A DNA stretch of 64,000 nucleotides from Alloascoidea hylecoeti (taxonomy: Eukaryota): NCBI GenBank assembly GCA_001600815.1, contig BCKZ01000035.1, positions 1 through 64,000 on the forward strand, given 5' to 3'. The position numbers were made by a program, and so were the translations under genes. The first letter of the stretch is position 1. Each line of letters begins with the position of its first letter. Positions 27,856-37,615 of the stretch are shown here, piece by piece. The notes under the pieces are model-generated. The model ran no database searches. It worked only from the letters and a program-made list of their open reading frames with translations, and was not told the origin of the DNA.

Positions 27856-30800
27856 ATGATGTCTGGAGGTTTCGGTGCGATTTTTTGTTTTCCAACCTCC
27901 TCGGACTTAATTTATTTTCTCTATCAACAAACAAATTTGAAAGTTTTGATGAGAACCCCCCGTCGGCCTTCTTTTCATCTGGATTTTGATCCAAACGACT
28001 CCTCTTCAATTGACGATCATGACCTTCCAAGCACTTTGTCGTCTCCTGCCCTGCCGACCTCTATCCCCATCCAGGCTACTTATGCTTTATGTGCTTTCCC
28101 TGCCGAGTCAACCCATGGTTACGCGTATTCTCGACAATCCCCAACCGTCCAATCTCTAAAAACAAAAGTGACTCCAAGTGGATATTATGTCGATAATCAA
28201 ATGACTGCTATGTTTTCTGTGAATCGATCCGTATCGAGCATAGCCTTATCATCCATTGCTCCACTTGACTCAACTTCAACTCCAAATAGTCCAATGTTTT
28301 CTCCCATCACTCCTTCTTTAGGTTATAGTCATCCATTTGGTTATGGGGCTTTTCATAACATGGCACAGAAAAATCAAAAGCAGGCTTGTTTCACAATTGC
28401 CGATTCAAATCCATGGAAATTAATTGGTGCAAATGATTTAGCGGTATTACATTTTGGTGTGGTACGACAAATTTTAAAAAATACGAGTATATTGGATTTA
28501 GTATCAAATGATTATTCCTCCTATCTAAAATTTAAATTAATGCAATCAAAAGCTCAATTACAATTATGTGGTTTAGGTGGGTCACCTTCCTGTTTAAATT
28601 TTGGATTATTTAATAATAAAGAAGGTATTAAACCTTATAGAAATCGTGATGTTTTGGTTGCAGGTGAAGTTATTAAAATAAAAAGTTTTAATCATGATAT
28701 TAATAATAATGATCATAAAGATAACGAAACTTGGGCCAGTGTTTGGATTAAACGAAAACAAGGCTTTTTAATTGGTATGATTGATTTAATTCCATGTGAT
28801 GAGATTGAAATCAAACTTTTATGTAATGAACAGGTTTCAATTATTAATATGAATGATTCATTAATGAACATTTTTAATATTGAGCTAGAACATGAACAAC
28901 AGCACAACTACGATAAAATACCTTTTAAAGACTTATTACCAACTATTCCTTATAAATTCTCAACAACCAATGATAAAAGCCTGAATAATACTAAAAAAGT
29001 TGATATTGATTTAGAGCAGATTAATATTCAACGTTTTTATACAGGAAAAACTGAAAACGGTGCTAATATTCCTATCGCTGTTATGTGTTTCGACCTAAAT
29101 TCTGATGAACTGCCTCCTGATATACAAATTAGTGATAATGAGTCTAAGCCGGAAACAAAGGGGGAATCCGCAATAGTTGCGGAAAAAACATCTACCTTCA
29201 GCCCCGATGCCGAGATTGAACTCCATACTGAAACACAACCTAACCAAGCCCCCTTATCTCCACTTATAAACGAACAACAAAGATCATATAACACTTCAGC
29301 ATTGGAAGAGGATAATGATACACATCCATCTCCAGAACTTTTTTCTACTCCATTATCTAACTATTCACGATCATCATCATCGTCTGCTTCTTCCGCTACT
29401 TCACACCATACTATTATTGAATCATCAATGACAGATTATCATAATAGTTCAATGTCGACAAACGAATCATCTTTTTTTAAATCTTATCCAGCATCGAATA
29501 TGAATTCAAATTCATTATCATTATCATTATCATTATCATCACAATATTTATTAAAAATTTCTTCACTTCCTTATATTTCAGGAATGGTTTTAATTCAATC
29601 ATCATCATCAACAGATTATACAAATTTCAAATCTTCATTTTCAAATTTATCACAATCATCAAATAAGTTATTTTTAAATAAAAAATATCCAATTATTTCA
29701 TGTAATAGAGCAGTTATGAAAAATTTATTTGGACAAGGTAATGTTGTCGGTTTACCGATTCATAATTTTATACCTTATTTTGAAACTTACATTAAAAATG
29801 CAAATCAAATTATAAAATCTCAACAACATATTGAAACAGAAAATCATAAACTTAATGATATTGTTAATCATAATATTTTTGAAACTGGTTTAGTTTTAAG
29901 TGATATTTTTTTTAGAAAATCTTATCAAAAGATAAAACAAGAACAAAATAAAAATCAAAATGGAAATGGAAATTATAATGATGAAAATTTATCTGTTAAT
30001 GGTATTCCTGCTATTCATGCAGATGGTTCAAAAATTTTGATTAATCTACAATTACGTATCGTGACAAATGACATTTGGGCACTTTGGATTACTTATGATC
30101 GTGAATTAACATCATCTTTATCTAAGAAAGAGATTATGGAAATACATGATATTCAACTACCATTTTCTACTCATCATAATCTAAAAAATGATGTCATTAT
30201 TATTGACGATGATGAGTTAATCAACCGTGGGGAACTTGATGATGCCAAGATACGCCGGGCTTCACATTGGGAAGAAGAAGATAGTTTACCGATCATACCT
30301 GAGAAAAGGGAAGAACAGGATGATGAAAAATTTCTAAATACTGGTAATCTCTTAAAAAGGTCCGGTACTAGCGGTGTTGGACTTAATAATTTGGAAAATA
30401 GTCTGAATGAAGTGTCTCTGTCTCAAACTCAAACAAATAAAAATAATACGATAATTTCTTCAAAACGTGTCCAACAACATGACATTTCTTCTATTGCATC
30501 CCTCCCAACAGCTGATTCTTCCTCTACTGCTTTTTCTTCTCTTTTTACGCCCTCGAATAAACAAGTGGAAGCAGAGTCAGTCCCACATACTACAACTTTA
30601 TCGCACATCGAGTTTAATAATCAAAATACAAATATACAACACGTTGGGTTAATGCCAGTTTCTGTTGATATACCTGTACATGATGGAAATAACAATCAGC
30701 ACCGACATGAACCAGCCACCACAACAGTAAATAATAATGAAATGCATGTAAATAAGCAACAAAAAGATATCGGCATCGACATCAACAACAATAATGACAG

Positions 30801-31800
30801 TACCCCAACTAATGGCAATAATAATGATTTTTTACCAGCACCACTTGTATTATTTCAAAAGCAGTATTCTAATATTAAGGAAATTGGATTAAATCGTCGC
30901 ACTAAACGTTTTAAAGATTATAATATTTTAAAAGAAATGGGCCAAGGTGCTTATGGTAAAGCTGTATTAGCACAATTAAAAACAAATCCTTTTTATATTG
31001 TTGTTATAAAATTAGTTATAAAAGCAAGAATTTTAGTTGATACATGGGTTAGAGATAAAAAATTAGGCACTGTTCCATCAGAAATTCAAATTATGAATTT
31101 TTTAAATGAAAAATTAAAAGCAGATGATTCGAAATATATTATAAAATTAGTTGATTTTTTTGAAGATGATGAATTTTATTATATTGAATCTGAACCAGCT
31201 GGTGATATTACAATAAAAATTGAAAATGATGTTGATGATAAAAAAATTGAAGTTGATGTTAAATCAACTGATTTATTTGATATTATTGAAAAAAATACAG
31301 AAATGAATGAAAAGACATTAAGGTCAATTTTTAAGCAAATTTGTGTTGCCGTTCAAAACCTTCATAGTATCGGAGTTGTTCATCGTGATATAAAAGATGA
31401 AAATATAATATTGGACTCTGAAAATAATGTAAGATTAATTGATTTTGGTTCTGCTGCAATGGTCAAAAAAGGTCCATTTGATATATTTGTTGGTACTATT
31501 GATTATGCAGCACCTGAAGTCTTGAAAGGAAAATCCTATGAAGGTAAACCCCAAGATATTTGGGCCTTGGGTATATTATTATACACAATGGTTTATAGAG
31601 AAAATCCTTTTTATAATATTGATGAGATTATTGATGGTGAATTAAGAATGCCTTTTATTTTAAATGATTTAAATTCAAATTTAATTAAGAAAATTTTGCA
31701 AAGGGATATTAAGAAACGACCCAATATAACGGAAATATTAAATGACCCTTGGTTTAATGAGGATCTTGGTGAACTACCTTTTACTGATGGAACAAACTAA
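27856..31800 (+). CDS. PSK1: PAS-domain Ser/Thr kinase (Psk1/Psk2 family); true start may be ATG 27949
   Basis: MGQGAYG, RILVDTWVRDKKLGTVPSEIQIM (PAS-kinase signature), HRDIKDEN, DFG, GTIDYAAPE; PAS-like segments N-terminally. Confidence 0.9.
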   Translation: MMSGGFGAIFCFPTSSDLIYFLYQQTNLKVLMRTPRRPSFHLDFDPNDSSSIDDHDLPSTLSSPALPTSIPIQATYALCAFPAESTHGYAYSRQSPTVQSLKTKVTPSGYYVDNQMTAMFSVNRSVSSIALSSIAPLDSTSTPNSPMFSPITPSLGYSHPFGYGAFHNMAQKNQKQACFTIADSNPWKLIGANDLAVLHFGVVRQILKNTSILDLVSNDYSSYLKFKLMQSKAQLQLCGLGGSPSCLNFGLFNNKEGIKPYRNRDVLVAGEVIKIKSFNHDINNNDHKDNETWASVWIKRKQGFLIGMIDLIPCDEIEIKLLCNEQVSIINMNDSLMNIFNIELEHEQQHNYDKIPFKDLLPTIPYKFSTTNDKSLNNTKKVDIDLEQINIQRFYTGKTENGANIPIAVMCFDLNSDELPPDIQISDNESKPETKGESAIVAEKTSTFSPDAEIELHTETQPNQAPLSPLINEQQRSYNTSALEEDNDTHPSPELFSTPLSNYSRSSSSSASSATSHHTIIESSMTDYHNSSMSTNESSFFKSYPASNMNSNSLSLSLSLSSQYLLKISSLPYISGMVLIQSSSSTDYTNFKSSFSNLSQSSNKLFLNKKYPIISCNRAVMKNLFGQGNVVGLPIHNFIPYFETYIKNANQIIKSQQHIETENHKLNDIVNHNIFETGLVLSDIFFRKSYQKIKQEQNKNQNGNGNYNDENLSVNGIPAIHADGSKILINLQLRIVTNDIWALWITYDRELTSSLSKKEIMEIHDIQLPFSTHHNLKNDVIIIDDDELINRGELDDAKIRRASHWEEEDSLPIIPEKREEQDDEKFLNTGNLLKRSGTSGVGLNNLENSLNEVSLSQTQTNKNNTIISSKRVQQHDISSIASLPTADSSSTAFSSLFTPSNKQVEAESVPHTTTLSHIEFNNQNTNIQHVGLMPVSVDIPVHDGNNNQHRHEPATTTVNNNEMHVNKQQKDIGIDINNNNDSTPTNGNNNDFLPAPLVLFQKQYSNIKEIGLNRRTKRFKDYNILKEMGQGAYGKAVLAQLKTNPFYIVVIKLVIKARILVDTWVRDKKLGTVPSEIQIMNFLNEKLKADDSKYIIKLVDFFEDDEFYYIESEPAGDITIKIENDVDDKKIEVDVKSTDLFDIIEKNTEMNEKTLRSIFKQICVAVQNLHSIGVVHRDIKDENIILDSENNVRLIDFGSAAMVKKGPFDIFVGTIDYAAPEVLKGKSYEGKPQDIWALGILLYTMVYRENPFYNIDEIIDGELRMPFILNDLNSNLIKKILQRDIKKRPNITEILNDPWFNEDLGELPFTDGTN

Positions 31801-31960
31801 ATTGGGAATATATATTATTACTTCATGGGTTTTATAAATTTTCTTCGATGGATATTAATATTAATATTTACCAAATATATATATTTTTTATTTATAATTT
31901 TGTTTATTTATTTTGCACAATTTGATATTTCATTTAATATTAATATTAACTTTTGACAAC

Positions 31961-31966
<6 letters not shown>

Positions 31967-32021
<55 letters not shown>
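31967..32021. repeat. 55-nt poly(T) tract
   Basis: Direct observation, ~170 bp downstream of the kinase stop. Confidence 0.95.
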
Positions 32022-32022
<1 letters not shown>

Positions 32023-33718
32023 TATTAGCATTATAATTATATGAGTAATGAATTACAGACTTTTTTTTTCACAGAACATTCAACTATATTATTATATCAC
32101 TGAACTATATTAAACAAATCATTGTTCTTTTTTACCACCATGAAAGAATATGTTGATTTATTATTGCTACTGTCAGAAAAAAAGAAACATTTATTAATGC
32201 GACTATAAAGAAATCAGTGCTATGAAAAGACAACCACGCATCATCATTCACTCATTTATTTACTAACTATAACATTAACATCAACAATATCAACATCAAC
32301 ATAACATGATTGAACTGTTTATGAAGTTGAATCAATTAACATTTTTATTCATTTTTCCTGTCATTAATATTTTTATTTTCCTTTTTACAAACATTTTGCA
32401 TAATGCTATATTCTGAACAATAATAAAAAATACAAAAGGTGTTGTTTTTTGAGACTTTTTTTCTCACGATTTCTGAATTTTTAAATTTTTGATTTACCAT
32501 TTGATATTTTAGTTCTTGCTTACTACTGAGTTAATTGCAATTGCTAGTTATAGAATCACAGAAATTAGAACGAAAATTGAAAATTGAACTGCGTTAAGTT
32601 AAGTTGATAACATATTGGTTTAATTACTATCCTTATTGTTAATACCGCAATTTTTGATTCAGTTACATTATTTTTTTTATTCAACTGATTGCTATATTAA
32701 TATTGAAACATTTATTTTTGATTTCTTTCTATTTTTGGAAACTCTTTTTTATTATTATTATTAATATTTTAGTATCGGTTAAAATGGTGGCGCCGGCTGT
32801 GATCTGAAATCAATTTTTAAAATTAGAAATTTTATATAATTTTATATATAATAATAAATATAGCTGTCGTTTTTTTATACATTGAACCTACAATATACTG
32901 TAGTCAGTTGTAAAAATTAAATAATGAATATTCAGCTATAACAAATTTTACAAAAGAAATGAGAATCCAGAAGTTCTTGTACCAAAAAATTGGGGAAAAA
33001 AATGTTTATTGTCGATATTAATCAACAGTACCTTTCACAAATCTCTAAAATCTCCATGTAAAGAGTGGTGTCGGATCCTTCTCGTGGAGCTAAACGCACT
33101 TACATGTAAGTAAGGTGGAGAGTTCTGCCCTAATTTTGGCTCCGGTTTGGTAAAGGCCGTGCAGTCTCACGTAGCTGAAACTGTGAATGAAATCCAGTTG
33201 ATAATGGTTTAAGGGGAAATAGCAATCTGTACGATGTATTCGGTTCAAGGCGGCTTCTTGCCTTGGCTTTTAGTATATTCGCTTCCTTGTTTCTTGATGC
33301 AAGTTCTCCGAGGAATCTTGCAAATTTTGCCACTGTTAATGGCTGTGGAGTGGAGAAAAAGAAAATGGGGCACGCGCTTTAGCGGAAGATCGATATCGAT
33401 CGATGCCCAGTCACACTATCGCAACCCTTATTATAGCCACAAGGTGGTAAATATATATTATAATTATAAGTTAAGTATGGCAGTGTTAATGTTACATAAC
33501 TAAGGCCTTACACATGTACCAGTAAATGATCGAATGTCCTATATTATAAAATTATCTTATAGAGAAATTGGAATTGTGAAAAATATGTGATATGTCATAA
33601 TTTTATATTATAGTTACAAGTTTATCGCAATTTCAATATTCGATGAGGATCATATTTCTATTCTTCTTTTCTTTGTGGTTTTATCCAATTCAAAGCATCA
33701 GCGATATATATAATAGCA

Positions 33719-33839
33719 ATGAAAACTGCTCGCATTTTCAGTTTTTCGACGCTTATAGCCTCCGCTATTTCAGCCCTTGTTAAATGGGAGTAATAGGGAT
33801 GGTTTAGCGCAGAAGTTAAACTTCCCATTAGATTATATT
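33719..33839 (+). pseudogene. 5' part of a secreted endonuclease/exonuclease/phosphatase (EEP) family pseudogene
   Basis: MKTARIFSFSTLIASAISALVKWE**GWFSAEVKLPIRLY in one frame: signal peptide, two stops, then the start of the EEP domain; ends at the insertion site. Confidence 0.7.
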
Positions 33840-33885
33840 TGTTGGCTTATGGGCTCATCGCCACAGATGAGCCCATAAGCCAACA
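33840..33885. repeat. Perfect 20-bp inverted repeat with 6-nt loop (TGTTGG...CCAACA)
   Basis: tgttggcttatgggctcatc-gccaca-gatgagcccataagccaaca. Confidence 0.97.
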
Positions 33886-36473
33886 TGGTAGCGGCGCTGT
33901 ACCAGAGACAAGTAAGGGTAATAGGATCGTTGTCACGGGAAAACAAACAGACGACAATCAATTCGGTAGAATTATCAATGCTACCAAAATTAACAATTGA
34001 TTGTTCCCCCCAATCATTCAAAACTTGGGAATATCTGATAAAATCAACATTAAGAAGACTGAACTTATCAGAATACATCTTGGACGCAACAATATATGAT
34101 GATCTTCCAACTGAAGATGTACTTAACGATACTCAGTTGCAAGAACATGATACTGTCATGAACATACTAATGACTACAACAGATAAAGCCATCCAAAATG
34201 ACTTCATAGACTTAGTATATGGTGCAAAAGTATCATTTGACAACATTATTAGTGGTGTAAAACCGGACATTTCAGCTCGNCAANTACTTCATGAATTGAT
34301 GAATCAAACATTCGACGNCAACACAATGTCTGTAACCNGATACATTGGTCAATACTTGAGTTACTTTAGGGAATTGAAATCTAAAGGTATTATCTTTCCA
34401 GTAACCACCCAACTAAATATGATGCTAAGCAGTCTGGAAGCAGAATACGAGAAAGTTGCAATCGAAATGATTGGTCAAAATATAACTGAAAAAGAAATAA
34501 AAAGAAAAATGTTAGCAATTGAATCACAATTGAAACAACAGGAAGTCATTACTATTGATTATATATCAAAGACTTCTCAACCCACAGGTCAACGAAACGG
34601 ACAACAAAATAATAAAACTCCANTGAATAAATACAACAAGCCAAGACAAAAACGTCATTTTAAATCTAAACNCAAACGTTGCTTTAGATGCGGCTCANCT
34701 GAACATTCAACTGATGATTGTACCAATGATATTCGTTGTTCAACCTGTAACAAAGGACATTACTTTTTCGAATGTCCAGAAAGAAAAAGAAANAAGAAAG
34801 GTAATACAAATAGAACACTTGACTCAAACACGAATAAAGATGAATCTGAACCATCTTTCCTTCCTGGTTGGTATTTTAATAAAGTTGATACATTTCAACC
34901 CAATCACGATCTAATTTTAGACACAGGTGCTGGTTTCAACCTCATCAATTCAAATATTTGCAATTTATTACAAAATGTCAGTACTAACATAAATGACTTA
35001 CCTCAAATTGCAAGCCCTATTGGTGAACCATTCAAAATAATTGGAAAAGGTACTTTGGTTATTAAATTCAAGGATAATTCAACATTATCATTAAACTGTG
35101 CCATAATTCCCGGTATTCCTAATCTAATTTCTACAAGATACTTATATGAAAACAATTACTTTATTAGAGAATATGCCAATTACAATTTTATTTCACACAA
35201 TAATAAAAATGTTGCTAAAATCAACAGGATGAATAATCATTTATGTNTGGATGTTGAAATTATTAAACCAATGGCTAAACAACCAGAGCTAGAGAAAATT
35301 TATTTCATTCACGAGAAATATGCTCACATTAATAAGCATCAATTACTAAACAGTGATGTTCTGACATCGTTCGAAAAGAAACAACTTAAGGAAGAGATGA
35401 ATGATGTTTGTGAGAATTGTTTAAAAGGAAAATGCAAAAAGAAAACAANCATTGAAAAGAATGAAAAACATGAAACTGATTTGGAATTTTATGCTGATAT
35501 TCTTGGNCCATTACCAAAATCTATCGAAGGTAAACGATTTGTTCTTGTTTTCAAGGATAGAAAAACAAAACTCACGATACCATTTTGCATACCAGATAAA
35601 ACAGGCACTACAGTTGCTAAATGTTTTAATACGTTATACAAGTATATTCTGAATCATACTAATAAACAAATACACCAAGTCGTTTCAGATAACGGAAGTG
35701 AATTTATTTCATCAGCCTTCAAGGAAGAACTTCGTTCTCATGGTGTCAGACAAGTACTAAATTCTATAAATGATTCAGCTGTCAATGGAACAGTAGAAAG
35801 GGAAAATTATTCTTTACTAGATTCAGTAAGAACATTATTACTAGACACAANCATTGAAATNCCCAACTTCAACAAGAAAACATTATGGGACTACGCACTT
35901 CGTTTTTATAACCACACGAAAAATATTATACAAGGTAACTATAATTTTATCAATANGGAAACTTCAACCAGTCATATCCACAGATTTGGTTCAAAAGTCA
36001 TTTACAGAGTATATCCACAGAGTAAATTAGAACCAAGAGGTAATGAAGGTTACTACATTGGTAANAATGGCTGGACCGGTTTGATATTAACTAGCGGTGG
36101 AAGAATTATTCACACGAAACATTATACAGTTATCAAACATAATGATGATTTGGAATCTGACAATGCAGAGAAAGATGCAAACAATATCAAAAATCAAAAT
36201 ATTAATATCTCTCTAGAAGGAGTCAATAANATAACAAATACTGAAGAATTAGAAACTGAAAGAGATTCACCAATAATCGATGGAAAGTCGAAGACATATA
36301 AAAAGATTAAGAATTTGGAAATTAATACAAATGAAGAATATCCAGTTTATAGTAAAAGACAAACAAGATCTCAAACAAAATACATTAATTATATTAATAC
36401 TGATGATTACAATAAATATGAAACCGCAATGCTCCAAGAATGGAAACATATGAGAGATAAAACAACATGGTAG
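33885..36473 (+). CDS. Copia-type Gag-protease-integrase polyprotein truncated at the start of RT
   Basis: Two zinc knuckles (CFRCGSXEHSTDDC, CSTCNKGHYFFEC), protease ILDTGAG, integrase HEKYAH..CENC and YADI/SDNGSEF/VEREN. Ends AMLQEWKHMRDKTTW*, the motif that precedes copia RT. About 16 single-N ambiguities. Confidence 0.9.
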   Translation: MVAALYQRQVRVIGSLSRENKQTTINSVELSMLPKLTIDCSPQSFKTWEYLIKSTLRRLNLSEYILDATIYDDLPTEDVLNDTQLQEHDTVMNILMTTTDKAIQNDFIDLVYGAKVSFDNIISGVKPDISAXQXLHELMNQTFDXNTMSVTXYIGQYLSYFRELKSKGIIFPVTTQLNMMLSSLEAEYEKVAIEMIGQNITEKEIKRKMLAIESQLKQQEVITIDYISKTSQPTGQRNGQQNNKTPXNKYNKPRQKRHFKSKXKRCFRCGSXEHSTDDCTNDIRCSTCNKGHYFFECPERKRXKKGNTNRTLDSNTNKDESEPSFLPGWYFNKVDTFQPNHDLILDTGAGFNLINSNICNLLQNVSTNINDLPQIASPIGEPFKIIGKGTLVIKFKDNSTLSLNCAIIPGIPNLISTRYLYENNYFIREYANYNFISHNNKNVAKINRMNNHLCXDVEIIKPMAKQPELEKIYFIHEKYAHINKHQLLNSDVLTSFEKKQLKEEMNDVCENCLKGKCKKKTXIEKNEKHETDLEFYADILXPLPKSIEGKRFVLVFKDRKTKLTIPFCIPDKTGTTVAKCFNTLYKYILNHTNKQIHQVVSDNGSEFISSAFKEELRSHGVRQVLNSINDSAVNGTVERENYSLLDSVRTLLLDTXIEXPNFNKKTLWDYALRFYNHTKNIIQGNYNFINXETSTSHIHRFGSKVIYRVYPQSKLEPRGNEGYYIGXNGWTGLILTSGGRIIHTKHYTVIKHNDDLESDNAEKDANNIKNQNINISLEGVNXITNTEELETERDSPIIDGKSKTYKKIKNLEINTNEEYPVYSKRQTRSQTKYINYINTDDYNKYETAMLQEWKHMRDKTTW

Positions 36474-36670
36474 CGGCGCTGTACCAGAGACAAGTAAGGG
36501 TAATAGGATCGTTACCATGTTGTTTTATCTCTCATATGTTTCCATTCTTGGAGCATTGCGGTTTCATATTTATTGTAATCATCAGTAGTAATATAATTAA
36601 TGTATTTTGTTTGAGATCTTGTTTGTCTTTTACTATAAACTGGATATTCTTCATTTGTATTAATTTCCAA
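36315..36670. repeat. 158-bp inverted repeat (36315-36472 / 36513-36670); the loop is part of a 51-bp copy of 33881-33931
   Basis: Arms are reverse complements with one mismatch noticed; caacatggtagcggcg...ggatcgtt occurs at both 33881 and 36463. Confidence 0.97.
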
Positions 36671-36672
36671 TA

Positions 36673-37355
36673 ATATTCAAATAGCATTCAATACGCAACT
36701 ACCCTTACAAACTGATGAAACTCCGTGGAAAGATAGAAAGACCATGTGTATTAATAATACATCAGATTTAATGGTAAAGATAGAGTAGTTGTGGCGCATC
36801 CCAAGAAGCTCTACATAATCAACTAGATGATATCAGGACTGGCCTGGATAATCAGTGATCTTACTATGGTGTTGGTCAAGATGATGGGAAAAAGAAAGGA
36901 GAATATTCTCCTATATTGTATAAAAATGACCAATGGGGAATTCTTAATAACCATTACCTGGCGGTTAAGTCAAACTTCTGATGTTGTTAGTAAAGGTTGG
37001 GATGCAGCTCATTATAGAGTTCTCACATGGATCCGCACAACTTATTCTAAAGTCGGTCAAACAGCTAAAAAATGAAGATCCTGTATTTCTGTTAGGTGAT
37101 TTTAATTCTCTACCAAGTGGTGATGCATAAAAACCGATATTCAAGTCAAAAGCATTGAATGATAGTAGTCTCAATGCTTCTTATAAGTTTGGTGATGAAG
37201 AAAATTATACTAGATTTAATGATAAAGATAGTGGTAAAAAAACTCGCACGGGAGTGGAAGTAAATACTTATGCTGTATTGCAGTCCAAATATTTAGTTGA
37301 ATACTTTTCAGATCATAGATCTGTTTCAGTTGATGTTGTTCTTGGCTATAAGTAA
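36673..37355 (+). pseudogene. 3' part of the EEP-family pseudogene
   Basis: Motifs in order across stops and frameshifts: IQYAT..ETPWKDR, GVGQDDGKKKGEYSPILY, LSQT..KGWDAA, FLLGDFNS, FSDHRSV. Confidence 0.8.
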
Positions 37356-37615
37356 TCTCTTGCGATAATAATTTACTAATATTTTTAAGAAATATTTGTT
37401 GGATATTCAATTAAGAGCTTTATATCAGCTGAATCTAACTAATGGTGCATTAGGTGTAGTAAATTTATATAGCATAAATAACTACTAGTCTACAATTAAT
37501 CTGGTCTACCGTTTAATTTGGACATATGTTAAGTTCCAGTCATCATTTTTCATGATTAAAATTTAAAGTTTTAATAGGTGGATTATACTCATCTATATGC
37601 CTCTATATCAATTAT

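Larger units (their letters stand above)
33840..36672 (+). mobile_element. Rearranged Ty1/copia retrotransposon derivative lacking RT/RNase H, with 5-bp TSD (ATATT)
   Basis: Starts TGTTGG and ends TTCCAATA. ATATT at 33835-39 and 36673-77. PBS-like TGGTAGCGGCGC at 33886; gag-PR-IN ORF; no RT/RNase H and no conventional LTR pair. Confidence 0.9.

Noticed and set aside
33881..36513. 51-bp direct repeats as the element's LTRs
   Set aside because: They consist of the PBS and downstream leader, lack TG..CA ends, and the TSD lies outside them.
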